NCBI GenBank assembly: GCA_951406725.2
Contig: OX597818.1
Span: forward strand, 114,514,001 to 114,578,000
Direction of reading: 5' to 3'
Length of the DNA: 64,000 nt
Origin: Octopus vulgaris
Lineage: Eukaryota
Position numbers and translations under genes: made by a program. The notes below the pieces were generated by a model, which was not told where the DNA came from, ran no database searches, and saw only the letters and a list, made by a program, of their open reading frames with translations. Positions within the stretch are counted from its first letter, which is position 1; every line of letters starts with the position of its first letter. Shown here in pieces: positions 43,906 through 58,397 of this stretch.

Positions 43906-44099
43906 TTCCTCATCTCTTAAATATAGAACTGTATGTTTCTGCATGTTTTTGCTTCACTCGTATGATACATACATTATTCAGTTGTTTATTAAGGTCATAT
44001 TTTTTTAATTCTAAAACGAATGAAAAAGGAAAGAGTAGGAAAGGAAGATAAAAGAAATTAAGTGAGAAAAAAATAATGTGCGCTACAAATACCTACCGT

Positions 44100-44709
44100 A
44101 GATCCCGAAAAGGAAAGGAATGAGCGCTCCAATTGGATGGACCGAAGATTTACGACCAAACTGTGACTTACAGATGTGGAAAACTGTGCAAGGACAATTG
44201 AAACTTTAAAATTCACCTGGTCATAAGGAATCACATGAAATAAAAGAAGATGCACAGGCCTTGAAATTGGTGAAACACAGGAGAATACCGGGCGTAAGTC
44301 ACGCAAGGGAACCCACTCCCTGCAAACAATACAGTCTCGAATCCCTGTCAGGTCAGTTTGTCAACAGTGGATTAAGTGACCTTCACCTGAAACAGAAATG
44401 TATAGTTGCAGTGTGATATCGATAATAACATTGAAGCCACCACCAAAGGAGATGCAGTCATCATCATCGGTTATGCCTCCCAAAGACTTGGCCATGTTAG
44501 GAAGGCTGATGCCAAACCAGATATGGACACTATGAAGTGCATAGCCCCTAGAATACATCAATTCCGGTGAAAACGTGAACTCTTGAAAAACAGTGCAAGA
44601 TCTCTACTGAAGAGTAGAAGCAAGCCTTTGTCGAAGCATCCAAACAAAAAGATTTTGGGCGATTTACAGAGCAGAGTGGCATGGGAGAAAAGAAAGAGAA
44701 AAAAGAAAG

Positions 44710-44747
<38 letters not shown>

Positions 44748-45030
44748 AAGAAAGAGCGCAAGATGGTGAGCAGCTTTTGTAGTCCATCCTTTTTGTTTTT
44801 ACAAAGCGATTCCTAGGGGACAAGTGCAGTGGTCATGTTATGGGCTCAACCGAGGAGGTTACTAATTTCTTCAATATTCCTTCGAAAGTTTTGATAATAG
44901 AAAGAGAGCTTGAAACCTACGAAGCTCTCATCAACCCAAACTCACCAACAACAGTGCTTAACCAAAAAGGACTAAATCTGAAGAAAGCCGTGTAGGGGAG
45001 GGAGAATAATAACACGCTCTACTTCTAGAC
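44100..45030 (+). mobile_element. Possible decayed LINE ORF1 (zinc-knuckle type)
   Basis: Purine-rich coding-like bias with KPPPKE..HRLC..GHYE..INSGE remnants at knuckle-like spacing. Heavily degraded. Confidence 0.3.
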
Positions 45031-45599
45031 CAGCCTCCTTCCTCCCATGGTGTGCTCTTCGTAGAGTACAAGCGATGTCCAGAACTCCTTGCGAAGTAAA
45101 CACATCGATGTCACTTGGCACACTGCTTCATCAAGGTTACTGCTAGCTCTCAATACGCACTCAACCGTGTGTTGTCTTCTGTTGACGTGCTACAGAACAA
45201 ATCCGCGAACTTTTTGATACCACTTTGTTTTATACATCGACAAGAAACACACAAGTATTTTCTTAAAAATAACTCAATTTTCTTGCTACACGAATATATC
45301 TATGACGACAGATTTTTTTCTTGACATGCGGTCAGTTGAGAGAGAAAAGGATCCAGCGTGCTGACCGGTCGTTTTTAAGACGACTTTCACCGGCCTTCGA
45401 GACATTTTATTTTTGAAATACAGCACGTACATAAGAGAGATTATCTTCGGACGAATACAATACCTCAGTATATTTGCTTATCATGTTGTATAATGAAGAG
45501 TCACCTGATCAGGTGATCTAGCAGACTATTGGATGCTGTTATACATCGCTGGTCACAATACGATTTACATCGTATTGGCTTCCGAATGATGCACCCCCG

Positions 45600-45802
45600 A
45601 CGGCTGGGCTAACAGGCCAACGTTCCTTTTGATCGAAATGTAGTCCATTGTAGGGCGACCCATTTGCAGCTGAGTGGACTGATGCAACGTGAAATGAAGT
45701 GTTTTGTTCCGGAACATAACGCGTCGTTGGGCACGGGATTCGACCCCACGAATCGTCACATCGTGAGTGTAACACCCTAACCGCAGGTCCACTCACCTTC
45801 AC
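45600..45802 (-). mobile_element. Older SINE family C; second copy at ~11800-11935
   Basis: Shared TGGACTG..G.AACGTGAAAT.AAG.GT and terminal CACCTTCAC, with a degenerate B box. Confidence 0.55.
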
Positions 45803-46270
45803 ACGATATTATAAAGGAAGAAAATATTACAAATTTAAATTGATCATATCCAGCATCGTAATTGGATCTCATGTAGGTTTAAATTTATTCATTCTGCGTT
45901 ATATATAGGAACATTAATGAATGCAGTTGAATATTATTAAGTATTACGACCGAAAGTGTCGGAGTAATTAAAACTATTACACACTCGATCGATTTGCTCA
46001 CGAGTAACACATCACTGCTCTGTGTCACCTCTGTGCCACCTGAATCATTAATGCTTTTGATCTTGCTGCTATTGACTTTGGCTTTCGTCTCCTGAGGCCA
46101 ATAAAGGAATATACGTTATCTGCTGTAATTAATTCAATTAATTCAATGGCTGTATATTTAAAGCATTTGCTTCGCGTCTACGCCGTTCCAAGTGCAATTC
46201 AAAAGCACGCTACCTTCGCAATTGTCTTTCTACAACGTTTACGGCCTTGGGAGCAGATTTTGGATCATCA

Positions 46271-46349
<79 letters not shown>

Positions 46350-46368
46350 CTATCTGTCTGTCTGACTG

Positions 46369-46423
<55 letters not shown>

Positions 46424-46432
46424 GTCTGACTG

Positions 46433-46473
<41 letters not shown>

Positions 46474-46474
<1 letters not shown>

Positions 46475-47065
46475 GAAAGAATGTATCTGGTGGACGCGTC
46501 TGAAAGGATTGGAGACAAACACTTTCCTCTCTGGTCAATCTCTCATCAACTTCTTCAAGTACCACTTGAAAAGGAAAGTGAGAGTAGAGAGGCAAGTTTT
46601 GTCTAGCGAATGTTTTAAAAAAAGATGGGTGAATGTAGCAAGAATGGCACGTATGAATGACGAAGCCACCTTGAGCATGATCCTATGAACCCAGAAATTG
46701 AAAACAGAGAGTTGCTTATTTGCAAAAAAAAAAAAAAGAAATATAACATGTGACTCCATTGACCGAGGTTACCGTGGTCTTTTCCGTAGGCTTTTCTTTC
46801 CACGGGTAAACCTCACCTGTCCTCCCCTTTACACTTCATATTGACATTTCTGTGATAACGATCCCTATTGATCCATTTTTTTTTCCTCTCCCCCTTTTTT
46901 TTAGCCCCCTTTTTGTCCTCTTTCTCTCCTTTTACGATCCCTTTTGATCGAAACTCCCCCTTCCTTTTTCTTTTTTTTTTTTTTTTTTTTAAACCTTCAA
47001 AAGAAAAGCTCTACCTTGTAATTTGTTCTATCTGTGTGCAGCCCTGTGTGGCTAATAAAGAAACA

Positions 47066-47066
<1 letters not shown>
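46474..47066 (+). mobile_element. Tx1-like LINE copy C (3' ~590 bp)
   Basis: KECIWWTRLKGLETNTF...NDEATLSMIL stop at 46688, same 3' UTR ending AATAAAGAAACAT. (TATC)n upstream (46272-46474) and downstream (47067-47220). Confidence 0.92.
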
Positions 47067-47100
<34 letters not shown>

Positions 47101-47677
47101 GTATCTATCTATCTATCTATCTATCTGTCTGTCTGTCTGTCTGTCTGTATGTATGTATGTATGTCTGTCTATCTATCTGTCTATCTGTCTGTTTGTCAGC
47201 CTGTCTATCTATCTATCTCTTCCTAAACATCTCTCTCATTTTCTCCACATTTTTCTATACCTTTTTCTCTATCTATCTGTCTGTCAGTCTGTATGTATGT
47301 ATAGCTGTGTATCTATCTATCTATTTACACGCGCGTGCGCACACACACGCACACATATATATCTTGATATTGGTTGCTTAAAAGGGTTATACTCCAAACT
47401 GTATCCTCGTGTCATACATCTCCTCATGTATATATGTCGATGCTTTATTTTAAACGAGTCATCCATACTTGTTAAATCATAATATTTGCAGAATAAGAAT
47501 ATATTAAAACAAAGAAATTTTGGCATAGTTTTGATTCCATGTTTACACGAGTTTCGTTACAGTATTGGAAATAAGAATATGAATATCATTATTAATTATA
47601 ACAGTGGTATATATTTATAATAGTTATATAGAAACCATATAAAGGATTTCCAAAACTGTGATTCCTCAGACAAGATA

Positions 47678-47830
47678 TACGAGGTCAGATTAATAAGTAA
47701 CCGGAATGTTGCCATAGTAACGAAGTTTAACGTTTTAGCTTACTTGCACCGTTTACATCAGTGCTTGAAAATAACGTGTGTAGCGTGTGGTCGTCACATT
47801 GACCATGGCAGAGAAAGTTATCATGGCGAT
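47678..47830 (+). mobile_element. 5' end of the older mariner family (TIR plus leader)
   Basis: TACGAGGTCAGATTAATAAGTAACCGGA terminus and the leader ...GTGTGTAGCGTGTGGTCGTCACATTGACCATGGCAGAGAAAGTTATCATGG shared with 4385-4470. Confidence 0.7.
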
Positions 47831-47954
47831 CCGAGTGGTTCTGACTTCGTCTGCAAGCTAGAACTCACCCTCACGTCTATGAACAGACCCGTAGATTAAA
47901 TTCAGACGTTTATATAAAGCTACTGTGGACTGTGGCCAATCTCTAGCTCGGAAG

Positions 47955-48220
47955 AATTGTTGCTGGAAGGCCATATGTGTGACAGCATGATTCGGCTCTT
48001 TCCCAGGCCTCCGGAAACAGTCAGACGTGGTTTTCAAAGAATTTCTACGACTTCATCAGCTCCGATTCTCGGCCTCCTAATTCACCCGATTCTACTCCCA
48101 TGAATTACTATGTGTGTCTCACACATAGTAATTCACCAACCGTTCTGTCTACAACAGTAAGGCTGAGCTAGTGGCCATTGTCAAGGAGCTGTTCGAAGAT
48201 CTCAGGGACACAGTAGAAAT
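47955..48220 (+). mobile_element. DD37D/maT-like transposase fragment
   Basis: Degenerate VAGRPYV*QHDSA...FYDFISSDSRPPNSPDSTPMNYYV. Confidence 0.65.
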
Positions 48221-48676
48221 ATTAAGCATCTGATGTTAATGGTATTTTTTAGGAGTTTCTGTTGATCATTATTCTTTAGGAACCATGTCCAGAATGTAGG
48301 ACACACGAAATCATGTCCTACTATAATTCATTGTCTTCTGTAACAGTTCCACTTCCTGATGTTTGATGCCTCTTTCTTCCAACGAATTCGTCAAGCTTGA
48401 CATCCATATCATCCTACTCTTTTCTCTACTTCTTTTCCTTTCAATCCGTCCGATCATCGCTAAATTCTCGTGACCCTCTCGTGACCCTTTTTTCTCACCA
48501 TTGCAGCCGTTGATTTAATAGAATTTTATTTATTTACATTTTATTTACATATTTTTTCATCCTCAGTTTCTCTTTTTAATTTAACGTATTTCTATGTATG
48601 TATGTATGTATGTATGTATGTATGTATGTATGTATGTATGTATGTATGTATGTATGTATGTATGTATGTATGTATG

Positions 48677-48753
<77 letters not shown>

Positions 48754-49914
48754 TGTGTGTATGTGTGTGTGTGTGCGTGTGTACGTGTATGTGTGTATGC
48801 TTGTGCATGTATGCAAGTGATGGCGTATGCTTAGTCTATGTGATGGTGTTTATATGTGTGCATATATTTCTTCAGTGGATTCTTAGCCCCACATTTCACT
48901 ATCGTTTTTGCTTTCGTCTTTCCCCAGGTCTAATTTTTCGAGTCTTTAGTTTTCATTTACATTACTCTTTTTTGTTTCTCCTTCCTTTCATCTTCCTAAG
49001 TTGACACATTTTCCAAGTCACCCATTTAATCTTTAAAATAGTTTTCAGTTTACTGTTAATCTTTCTTAAATGTTTTTTTTCCCTTTCTGTCTTCCTTCCG
49101 TTCTTCTTATTCCAATAACCCTTTTTAATTCTAAGATTCTCCTTTTTTCTTTAATGTTTTTCTCTTTTAACTTATATTTCCCCACACAATTTTCTTTGAA
49201 TTTATAAACTAACTTGAAGGCTTGAAATATACAGATATTTTTTTTCCGTAAAAAGTCAATGGAAAAAAAATCCACTCTGACTATAAATATCCTATCCGCA
49301 GTGGTCTTCTTTATTCATGCCGTTTTATCCGACGAAACTATCCTGAATGGCTTCCCTTTATAAAGCTGTAGGTACAACATGATTTGAGGGAGATTTAGTA
49401 GTTAGGCTGACATTGTTGCTAACAAGAGCTTCGTGGTTTTGTTTAGCACTAGATTAGCATAGACCATCAAATCTATGATCAAAGTTGTTCCAACGGCAAC
49501 CATACAACATGTTAAACAATGACATTCTGCGCTAATTTATGACCACGAACTTCAAATTCCCGCGGCCACGAAACTGATTTACTGGGCAGCCTGGTTTCAC
49601 ATGTTAAGTATTACTAATTTGTATCATTTATACTAATGTACAGATACTGTAGTTCATTTAATTATTTAAGTAAATATAACATTTGTTTAAATTAGAGGTG
49701 ACCACATCTTGTTCGGAAAAGGATGATTTATCTGGTTAGTGTTTGGGGCCAAAGTTTTAAAGAATGAGTGTTCTACATGCATCTTTCATTTTCTCCCCCA
49801 ATAATATATGTAACTTATGATTCAAAGTCCGTCAAAATCGACTTTGTCTTTCACCTTTCGGCATCGATAAAATAAGTACAAGTTGAGCACTGGGGTCGAC
49901 GTAATCAACTTCTC

Positions 49915-50270
49915 TGAGCCAGTCGATTAGAATGATCCCAGTACGTAACTGGTAGTTAATTTATCGACCCCGAAAGGATGAAAGGCAAAGTCGACCTCGG
50001 CGGAATTTGAACTCAGAACGTAACGGCAGACGAAATACATATTTCTTTACTACGCACAAGGTGCTAAACACAGAGAGGACAAACAAGGACAGACAAACGG
50101 ATTAAGTCGATTATATCGACCCCAGTGCGTAACTGGTATTTATTTAATCGACCCCGAAAGGATGAAAGGCGAAGTCGACCTCGGCGGAATTTGAACTCAG
50201 AACGTAACGGCTGACGAAATACGCCTACGGATTTCACCAGGCGTGCTAACGATTCTGCCAGCTCGCCGCC
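49915..50270 (-). mobile_element. SINE A dimer (head-body-tail A-body)
   Basis: Junction AAAGAAATATGTATTTCGTCTG at ~50028-50049. Confidence 0.85.
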
Positions 50271-51390
50271 ATTTTCATAACGGAAACTGTCCATATTTTT
50301 GTTGAGTTCTTTCAGCTCTGCAGGCGTTAGTAGCTGTCATATTACAAATACCTTTATCTGAATATATTCTGTAAATGTTTTAAACGTGTTAACTCCTTTA
50401 AGTTTATCCTTGATTTGATTTTGTCAACAGTATTTTGGTTGCTTCATTGTATACGTCCAGTTTAGCAACTGTTACCTTTATTCAGAAGACTTACAATCCA
50501 AACGTACTCAAGCAGTAGCCATCACAGCAAGTTGTACATCTACACCAGCACTGTTTCATATATATTCTATTACTTTAAGATTGTATGTTGTGATTTAAGG
50601 GACACGGGTGCTATTTCTACCAGCTCCTGATCGAGCAGTTTACTCCAGCACGCTTTCGTTTTCACGTTCTTAACACCGTTGAACTGTCTCTTTACTCTAA
50701 CACCGATATTTTCACCTAGAAAAGCTCACACAGTATCACTAACAGTCGACTCTCTTTGTTCGCACATACATTCTCCGATAAATTTTCTTCGCCTTTTGTT
50801 TTTACCTCCTTCGCTTTATCACAATTTATTTCTCTCTCTCTCTCTCACTGTCTCAGGCTCTCTGCCTTTTCCCCATCTCTATATGGGGCTTGGCATATTT
50901 TATAGTTGCCACTTGCTTAGTATGCAGAACATGAAAGTTTGTTTAAAATTCAATGTTTCTCTTGTTTTGATTCATTTGTTTTAAGTTATTCGTGCATTTG
51001 TATTATTCTTAAAATTTTCCTCTTATTTTCCCAGCAGCTGTAATTTCACTGTCCCTACATGCATACACATATCCATTTATTCATTCGTCCATTCATACAC
51101 ACACACATGCATATATACATACATACATACATACAAACATACATGAATATACATACATACATACATACATACATATACATACACATAATACATACATATG
51201 TACATACATATGTAGATGCATAAACACATACGTATTGGGGGACCGTGTGCGTGTGTGTCTGCCTGTGTGCGTACATGTTTGTGCGTGTGTGTGTTTGTAG
51301 TGTGTGTATGCGTGTGTGACTTGAACAAGTAACGGAAGGATCTATCCATATATGTATGCATGTATGTATGTATGTATGTATGTATGTATG

Positions 51391-51447
<57 letters not shown>

Positions 51448-51790
51448 CTCTCTCTATCTAACTATCTATCTATCTATATTTAAATATATCTCCTTCTGTA
51501 TATATATATATATATATACAAGCAAACCAAACATGATTCTTATTGAACTCATTATACTTTTTGTAGTCCCGTTATGAATACTTTCTTAAATACTTTCTTG
51601 TAAACTGTTTTTAACATGTTCTTATTATTATCAAAGAATGTATAACTGTATTCTAATACTTTTGTGACAACTAGTACTTAACACAACAAAGTTTATACAA
51701 AGCTTTACATTTTACTTTTGACAACCTTTTCCCAAAAAGTGAAACTGGTAAAGTTAATAAACGTTTTAAAAATTGCATTTACGAACCTTC

Positions 51791-51845
<55 letters not shown>

Positions 51846-51848
<3 letters not shown>

Positions 51849-52258
51849 GAGTGGCTGTGTGGTAAGTAACTTGTTTACCAACCACATGGTTCCGGGTTCA
51901 GTCCCACTGCGTGGCACCTTGGGTAGGCGTCTTCTACTATAGCCTCGGGCCGACCAATGCCTTGTGGGTGGATTTGGTAGACGGAAACTGAAAGAAGCCC
52001 ATCGTATATATGTATATATGTATATGTGCGTGTGTGTGTTTGTGTGTCTGTGTTTGTCCCCCTAGCATTGCTTGACAACCGATGCTGGTGTGTTTATGTC
52101 CCCGTTACTTAGCGGTTCGGCAAAAGAGACCGATAGAATAAGTACTGGGCTTACAAAAGAATAAGTCCCGGGGTCGAGTTGCCCGATTAAAGGCGGTGCT
52201 CCAGCATGGCCGCAGTCAAATGACTGAAACAAGCAAAAGAGTAAAAGAGTAAAGAGTA
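51846..52258 (+). mobile_element. tRNA-derived SINE family B with internal microsatellite; full copies also at 58138-58561(-) and 21283-21678(-), partial at 8790-8953, 19190-19460, 30088-30270, 55170-55320, 56835-56985, 59118-59705
   Basis: A box TGGCTGTGTGG, B box GGTTCAGTCCC, CORE-like ACCTTGGG(C/T)A(A/G)G, central (TA)(TG) tract, tail (AAAAGAGT)n. Confidence 0.88.
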
Positions 52259-52751
52259 TATATATATATATATCTCTTATTATAAAAGGCAGATTTTATC
52301 TGCCTCCCTTTGGGAGTTATACAAATCTACAATATAGGATTTCTTCAATTACAATTTACCTAGCAGTTTTAAGAGTACAATGCATCGCGTCATGCCAGGT
52401 CCAGTTTTTAAAATTTAAACTCCAATTAAGCAAAATTTACAGAAAACTCACATTCTGGTGTGTGTGTCAAATGCTTTTCTTAGTCTGGTTTACACCACAC
52501 GCAAACGCACACACACAGTGGGCAACGAATAAAATGAAAGTAAATAGCGACAGAGTGATTTGAGGAAGACTAAAGTGAAAGTATTCTGTCTATGACGCTG
52601 ATAGATACATGAGTAAAATGTATGGGAAGCTAAGAGCTAAGAGTGAGTGAAAATGTTCTTGGAAGAGAGTAATTATTAATAAAGTAAACATACACTCATA
52701 CATACATACATACATACATACATACATACATACATACATACATACATACAT

Positions 52752-52784
<33 letters not shown>

Positions 52785-53059
52785 TACACACACACATACA
52801 TACATACACACATACATACATACACACATACATACATACATACATATACATACATACATACATACATATACATACATACATACACACACACACATACAAA
52901 CACACACAGTATTGAAGCTTGAGAACAATCAGATACATTTGCAACACATCTGTTGAAAATATTATTGTTCACACACATACATATACATATATACATACAG
53001 ACAGACAGATAGACACACACACACACACACACACACACATGATCCAGCATGGCCACAAC

Positions 53060-53460
53060 CTCAAGGCTGAAACATATAAAAGAATAACAGAATATAAATG
53101 TGTGCAAAGTACAAGAAATATTAATGCAGTATATGGGGATTGGACAATAAGCGTAAGGCAGTGTCAATGGTGGTTCCAGAAATCCCGAGCCATAAACTAC
53201 AGCCTAGAAGACGAGCCTCATCCTGAAAGATCTGTAGAACTCGACAAGGACATCCTGAAAACCCTGGTGGAACAAAATATCATCGTAACTGTTGAGGAAC
53301 TAGCAGAGAAGCTTGGATTTGGTCATTCAACCATTCATTGACACCTGTGTGCTATCGGAAAAGTCAGCAAATTGGGTCAATGAGTTCCTCACGAACTTTC
53401 CGAGTCTAATTGCATGCAGAGAGTGAATGTATGCTTTTCTTTGCTGTCATATCTCACCAC
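53060..53460 (+). mobile_element. Mariner transposase N-terminal relic
   Basis: STRNINAVYG...RQCQWWFQK...LEDEPHPERS...TVEELAEKLGFGHSTIH*HL...KVSKLGQ*VPHELS. Confidence 0.8.
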
Positions 53461-53476
53461 TACTGCGCTATGTATA

Positions 53477-54113
53477 TCTATATATATAAAACTGTAGTTG
53501 TGTGAGTGTCTGTTCCCTTCGATTTAGATTCCTAACTACTCCCACATTTTGCGGTACAGTTTAACCAAATTCGGGTAGCTTATAGTCGTGATTCATATCG
53601 AGCCCGGCTGAATATTAGCGCGCATCTACGATGAGTCTACGATTTTAAAAATAATTTAACATAATTTTTTATTCCATTTTAATGCATAATTTTTCGTGTG
53701 TCGATGGCGGCGGAGTTGGCGTCCACGCTCACACCTGCACCTGTGGGGAAGGGAGTGTAAGGAAATCAACGTCGTAATGCGTTGTCAAGGAGACCAGTGT
53801 TCTTTTAGAACAACGACTTCATGGCTTGAAGACACCAAAACAGAAATGGCTAAGAAAGCGTCTACATGAGTCTACGATTTAAAAAAAAATTTACCATCGT
53901 TTTTTTTCCATTTTAATGCATTTTTTCGCTATTATATAAGGGAAGTAACTCTCTAAAAATGTCTACGATGAGTCAACGATTTAAAAAAAAAATTACCATC
54001 ATATTTTTTCCATTTTTAATGCATTTTTTGCTATTTTTTGGCTATAACTCTCTAAAAATGTTTATATAGTTATTTCCCTTACAAACCCGAGCAACGCCGG
54101 GCGATACTGCTAG
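53477..54113 (+). mobile_element. Non-autonomous Helitron
   Basis: 5' A|TCTATATATATAAAA, 3' hairpin CCCGAGCAACGCCGGG (54086-54101) followed by CTAG|T, no TSD. TCTACGATGAGTCTACGATTT occurs three times internally in variant form. Confidence 0.85.
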
Positions 54114-54239
54114 TATATATATATATGCATATCATGAGTAATAACATAACTTTTAGAATTATTTATCGACTGAAAAGTTTGTATCAATCGCAAACACTCT
54201 ATATATTTGTAAATATGTAACAAGGATGCCCAGGTATCA

Positions 54240-54870
54240 ATACGCTATGGCCGTATTGATATAGTCGATCAATGAAAGCATTACATCAATTTGAAAGAAA
54301 CAACTCTCCCCAGACGTAGATGATCATATAGATTTCCAACATAAAGGATAAATCATTTAAAAATTCATATTAATACTAGAAACCAAAATAATTTGCATTG
54401 TTTCCTTATGTTTTATCTGTGGCAGAATGAGTTTAGAAATAGGAATGTAATTTTTAGCAGCTCCTCTACGTCCACATTTATGGAGAGGTCATACGATACC
54501 TTCTTCCAACAGTTTCGGAAGTTTTCCACATGCAAAGAAACTCTGCAAAAGTATCTGCAGTGGTTTTACGAGAGTTTTCTTGCATGTTTTTGAGAGAACC
54601 ACCGGAAAACGATCTGGGTCCGCTGCTGAGTTTGAGTTCATCTCATCAATAACCTATATTACATCTTTCTCTTTTATGTTGATGTAAACGGTTGCCTTTC
54701 TTTCATGTAGGTCTGCAGTGTTGAAAAAAGGCCCTCGGTTCGCCCACTTGCCTATTTCCCAGCGAGCAGAGAGGTGAAGACACTCTGGAATTCTTTATTT
54801 AGTACTTCACTTATGCTCGTCGGGTCTGCTGCCAGCGAGTCGTCTTCTTCAGACAGTGGCTATATCTTGT
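54240..54870 (-). mobile_element. CR1/L2-group LINE fragment (pre-RT and RT N-terminus), degenerate
   Basis: Minus-strand reading ISEVLNKEFQSVFT...SAADPDRFPVVL..CKKTLVKPLQ...KNYIPIS. Confidence 0.7.
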
Positions 54871-54919
54871 AGTGCCTTTGAGACAGACCCTTTCGCGAAG
54901 TTATATATATATATATATG

Positions 54920-55147
54920 TAGACGAGCTGGTAGAAACGTAGCACGCTGGGCGAAATTCGTAGCCGTATTTCGTCTGTCGTTGCATTCCGAGTTCAAATT
55001 CCGCCGAGGTCGACTTTGCCTTCCATCATTTCGGGGTCGATAAATTAAGTACCAGTTACGCACTGGAGTCGATGTAATCGACTTAATCCCTTTGTCTGTC
55101 CTTGTTTGCCCCTCTGTGTTTAGCCCCTTGTGGGTAGTAAAGAAATA
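54920..55147 (+). mobile_element. SINE family A, full copy with LINE-like tail type A; similar copies at 1-107, 27598-27780, 60335-60560
   Basis: Head and core, tail ...CTCTGTGTTTAGCCCCTTGTGGGTAGTAAAGAAATA, flanked by (TA)n. Confidence 0.88.
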
Positions 55148-55321
55148 TACATATATATATATGTATATATAACGGGGTTTTTTCAGTTTCCGTCTACCAA
55201 ACCCACTCACAGCGGATTGATCTGCCCGAGGCTATATTAGAAAGCAGTTGCCCAAGGTGCCTCGCAGCGGAACTGAACCCGAAACCAGGCTACTTACCAC
55301 ACAGACACGCCTGGGCCTATA

Positions 55322-55357
<36 letters not shown>

Positions 55358-55383
55358 TGTATGTATGTATGTATATATATATA

Positions 55384-55430
<47 letters not shown>

Positions 55431-55667
55431 CATCATTAATTAGTTTGGGATCATACACAGTTCTACAATGTTGTGGTCTAAAAAGATTGTCGGTGTTATC
55501 TTCACGTTGCGGATAAGACCTACATTGTCGGTGAAACTGAAAAGAAATACAGAGAGAAAAAGAATGATCGATTAAAGCAAGAGTGGCAAATACAAATCAA
55601 TGTTTATATATATATATACCTACAGTATATATATATATATATATATAATATGTATATATGTATGTAT

Positions 55668-55700
<33 letters not shown>

Positions 55701-55742
55701 CGTATATAGACACCTATATATAAGTATATATATATAATGGAT

Positions 55743-55774
<32 letters not shown>

Positions 55775-55782
55775 AAATATAT

Positions 55783-55851
<69 letters not shown>

Positions 55852-56219
55852 GTGGATTACTCTGTGTCGAACACTCAATAGATGGGTGGACACAGGGATT
55901 GGTATATGTGTTATCACAGTCTGAATATCTATAATTGCATCTAACGGACATAACTCATCATGTTTTAGATTTTTGTTCTATTATATGTTGACATATTGTC
56001 ATCAGCGTCCATTACAATTGTCTATTTGGTTGACAGGTTCAAAATTTATAAAGAAAAATGCGCTGAAGTATATCTTGATGTCAATTCTTACCAGTTAAAC
56101 TAATGAAAAATATTTTTCTTTTCGTAAGTATTAAGTGTGGCAAGTATCACACACATACATACGTGAGCGCAGAGTGACAGACACAAACTCACGCACAAAC
56201 ACATAGACACACATACACT

Positions 56220-56836
<617 letters not shown>

Positions 56837-56980
56837 TGTGATAAGAAGCTCGTTGCTCAACCACATTGCTGCGGATTCAATGCTAATAAGTGAAACTGGC
56901 GAGGTGTTTTCTAGTATAGCCTTAGGTTGATGAAAACCCTGTGAGTTGATTTGGTATACGGAAACTGAAAGAAACTTGAC

Positions 56981-57023
<43 letters not shown>

Positions 57024-57029
57024 TTAGAC

Positions 57030-57505
57030 CCGAAGAACCAAAACCACTGAAGCTCTCCAGTGGTTCAATTTTGTATTCCCTTTAAAGTTATAAAAGTCGA
57101 CTTTGATCAACAGTACTCCAGCATGTCTTCTGTTTTTCTAAATAAAGCCCTATTTTTCGCAAAATACATTCCAACTTATATCGCAACGATATTGATATGA
57201 TGTTAGCAGCCCTCCAAAATATCATACTGCTCGCTGGAAATCCTGGGCCCCAAAGGATACACCAAACTTTTTTGACATCGCCAAGGAGGACAGTGACTCC
57301 GCCCAAGTTACATATCTTTTAGGGTATTATCTACTTAACGGTATCCTTGAACAATCCCGTAACATCTCCGGTGGCCAATACATAGACGATGCTCTGTTCG
57401 CAATCCAAAATTTTAGCAACCGGAAAATCGAACAGACTAGAAAAAGATTCAGAAGTTTTTAAAAACGTCGGCCTCAGCATCTTCTGTAACAACGTTAAAA
57501 CTGGT
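57030..57505 (+). mobile_element. Penelope-like RT relic flanked by (TA)n
   Basis: FDIAKEDSDSAQVTYLLGYYLL and GQYIDDALFAI...RKIEQTRK resemble the Penelope RT motifs FDVTMGSYDGAE and GLYRDDGL. Confidence 0.65.
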
Positions 57506-57526
57506 AATTATATATATATATATATT

Positions 57527-57586
<60 letters not shown>

Positions 57587-57669
57587 CATACATACATACA
57601 TACATACATAGGTAGATTGATAGATACAGATATATAGATAGATATATATGCTGATAAATATATGTATGT

Positions 57670-57709
<40 letters not shown>

Positions 57710-58107
57710 GTTTAAATTCGACTTAATATCGGTTTCAGTGTGTGCCAATGGGAGAAAGTTCGTAAATCCATTTCAGATCTGAAAAGACATAAGGTAGTAA
57801 AAAAAACAAAAGACCTTGTACAAATTGACCCGATCAATCAATACTGTGAAAGATTTATCTTTCGTCTGTCACCCACAATTCAAACTATGGACATCTATAG
57901 GAGGACCGAGTAGTCACCTTAGTGATCACGGGCAGAAACCCAGAAATGCCACCGACAAGGAGTAAGTACAGGCAGACGGCAAACATCTGCGTGGGCGGAG
58001 CAATTACCATATATGTATTTACATATCTGTAAATACAAACACACACATGCATACACACACATACGTATAAAAATACATGATATATGTCTGTGCAGATATA
58101 TACATGA

Positions 58108-58138
<31 letters not shown>

Positions 58139-58365
58139 CTCTTTACTCTTTACTCTTTTACTTGTTTCAGTCATTTGACTGCGGCCATGCTGGAGCACCG
58201 CCTTTAGTCGAGCAAATCGACGCCGGGACTTATTCTTTGTAAGCCCAGTACTTATTCTATCGGTCACTTTTTGCCGAACCGCTAAGTGACGGGGACGTAA
58301 ACACACCAGCATCGGTTGTCAAGCAATGCTAGGGGGACAAACACAGACACACAAACACACACACG

Positions 58366-58397
<32 letters not shown>

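Noticed and set aside
52272-52600. Possible second Helitron 5' end (TC...ATTATAAAAGGCAG)
   Set aside because: No matching 3' hairpin-CTAG could be assigned to it, so it was left uncalled.
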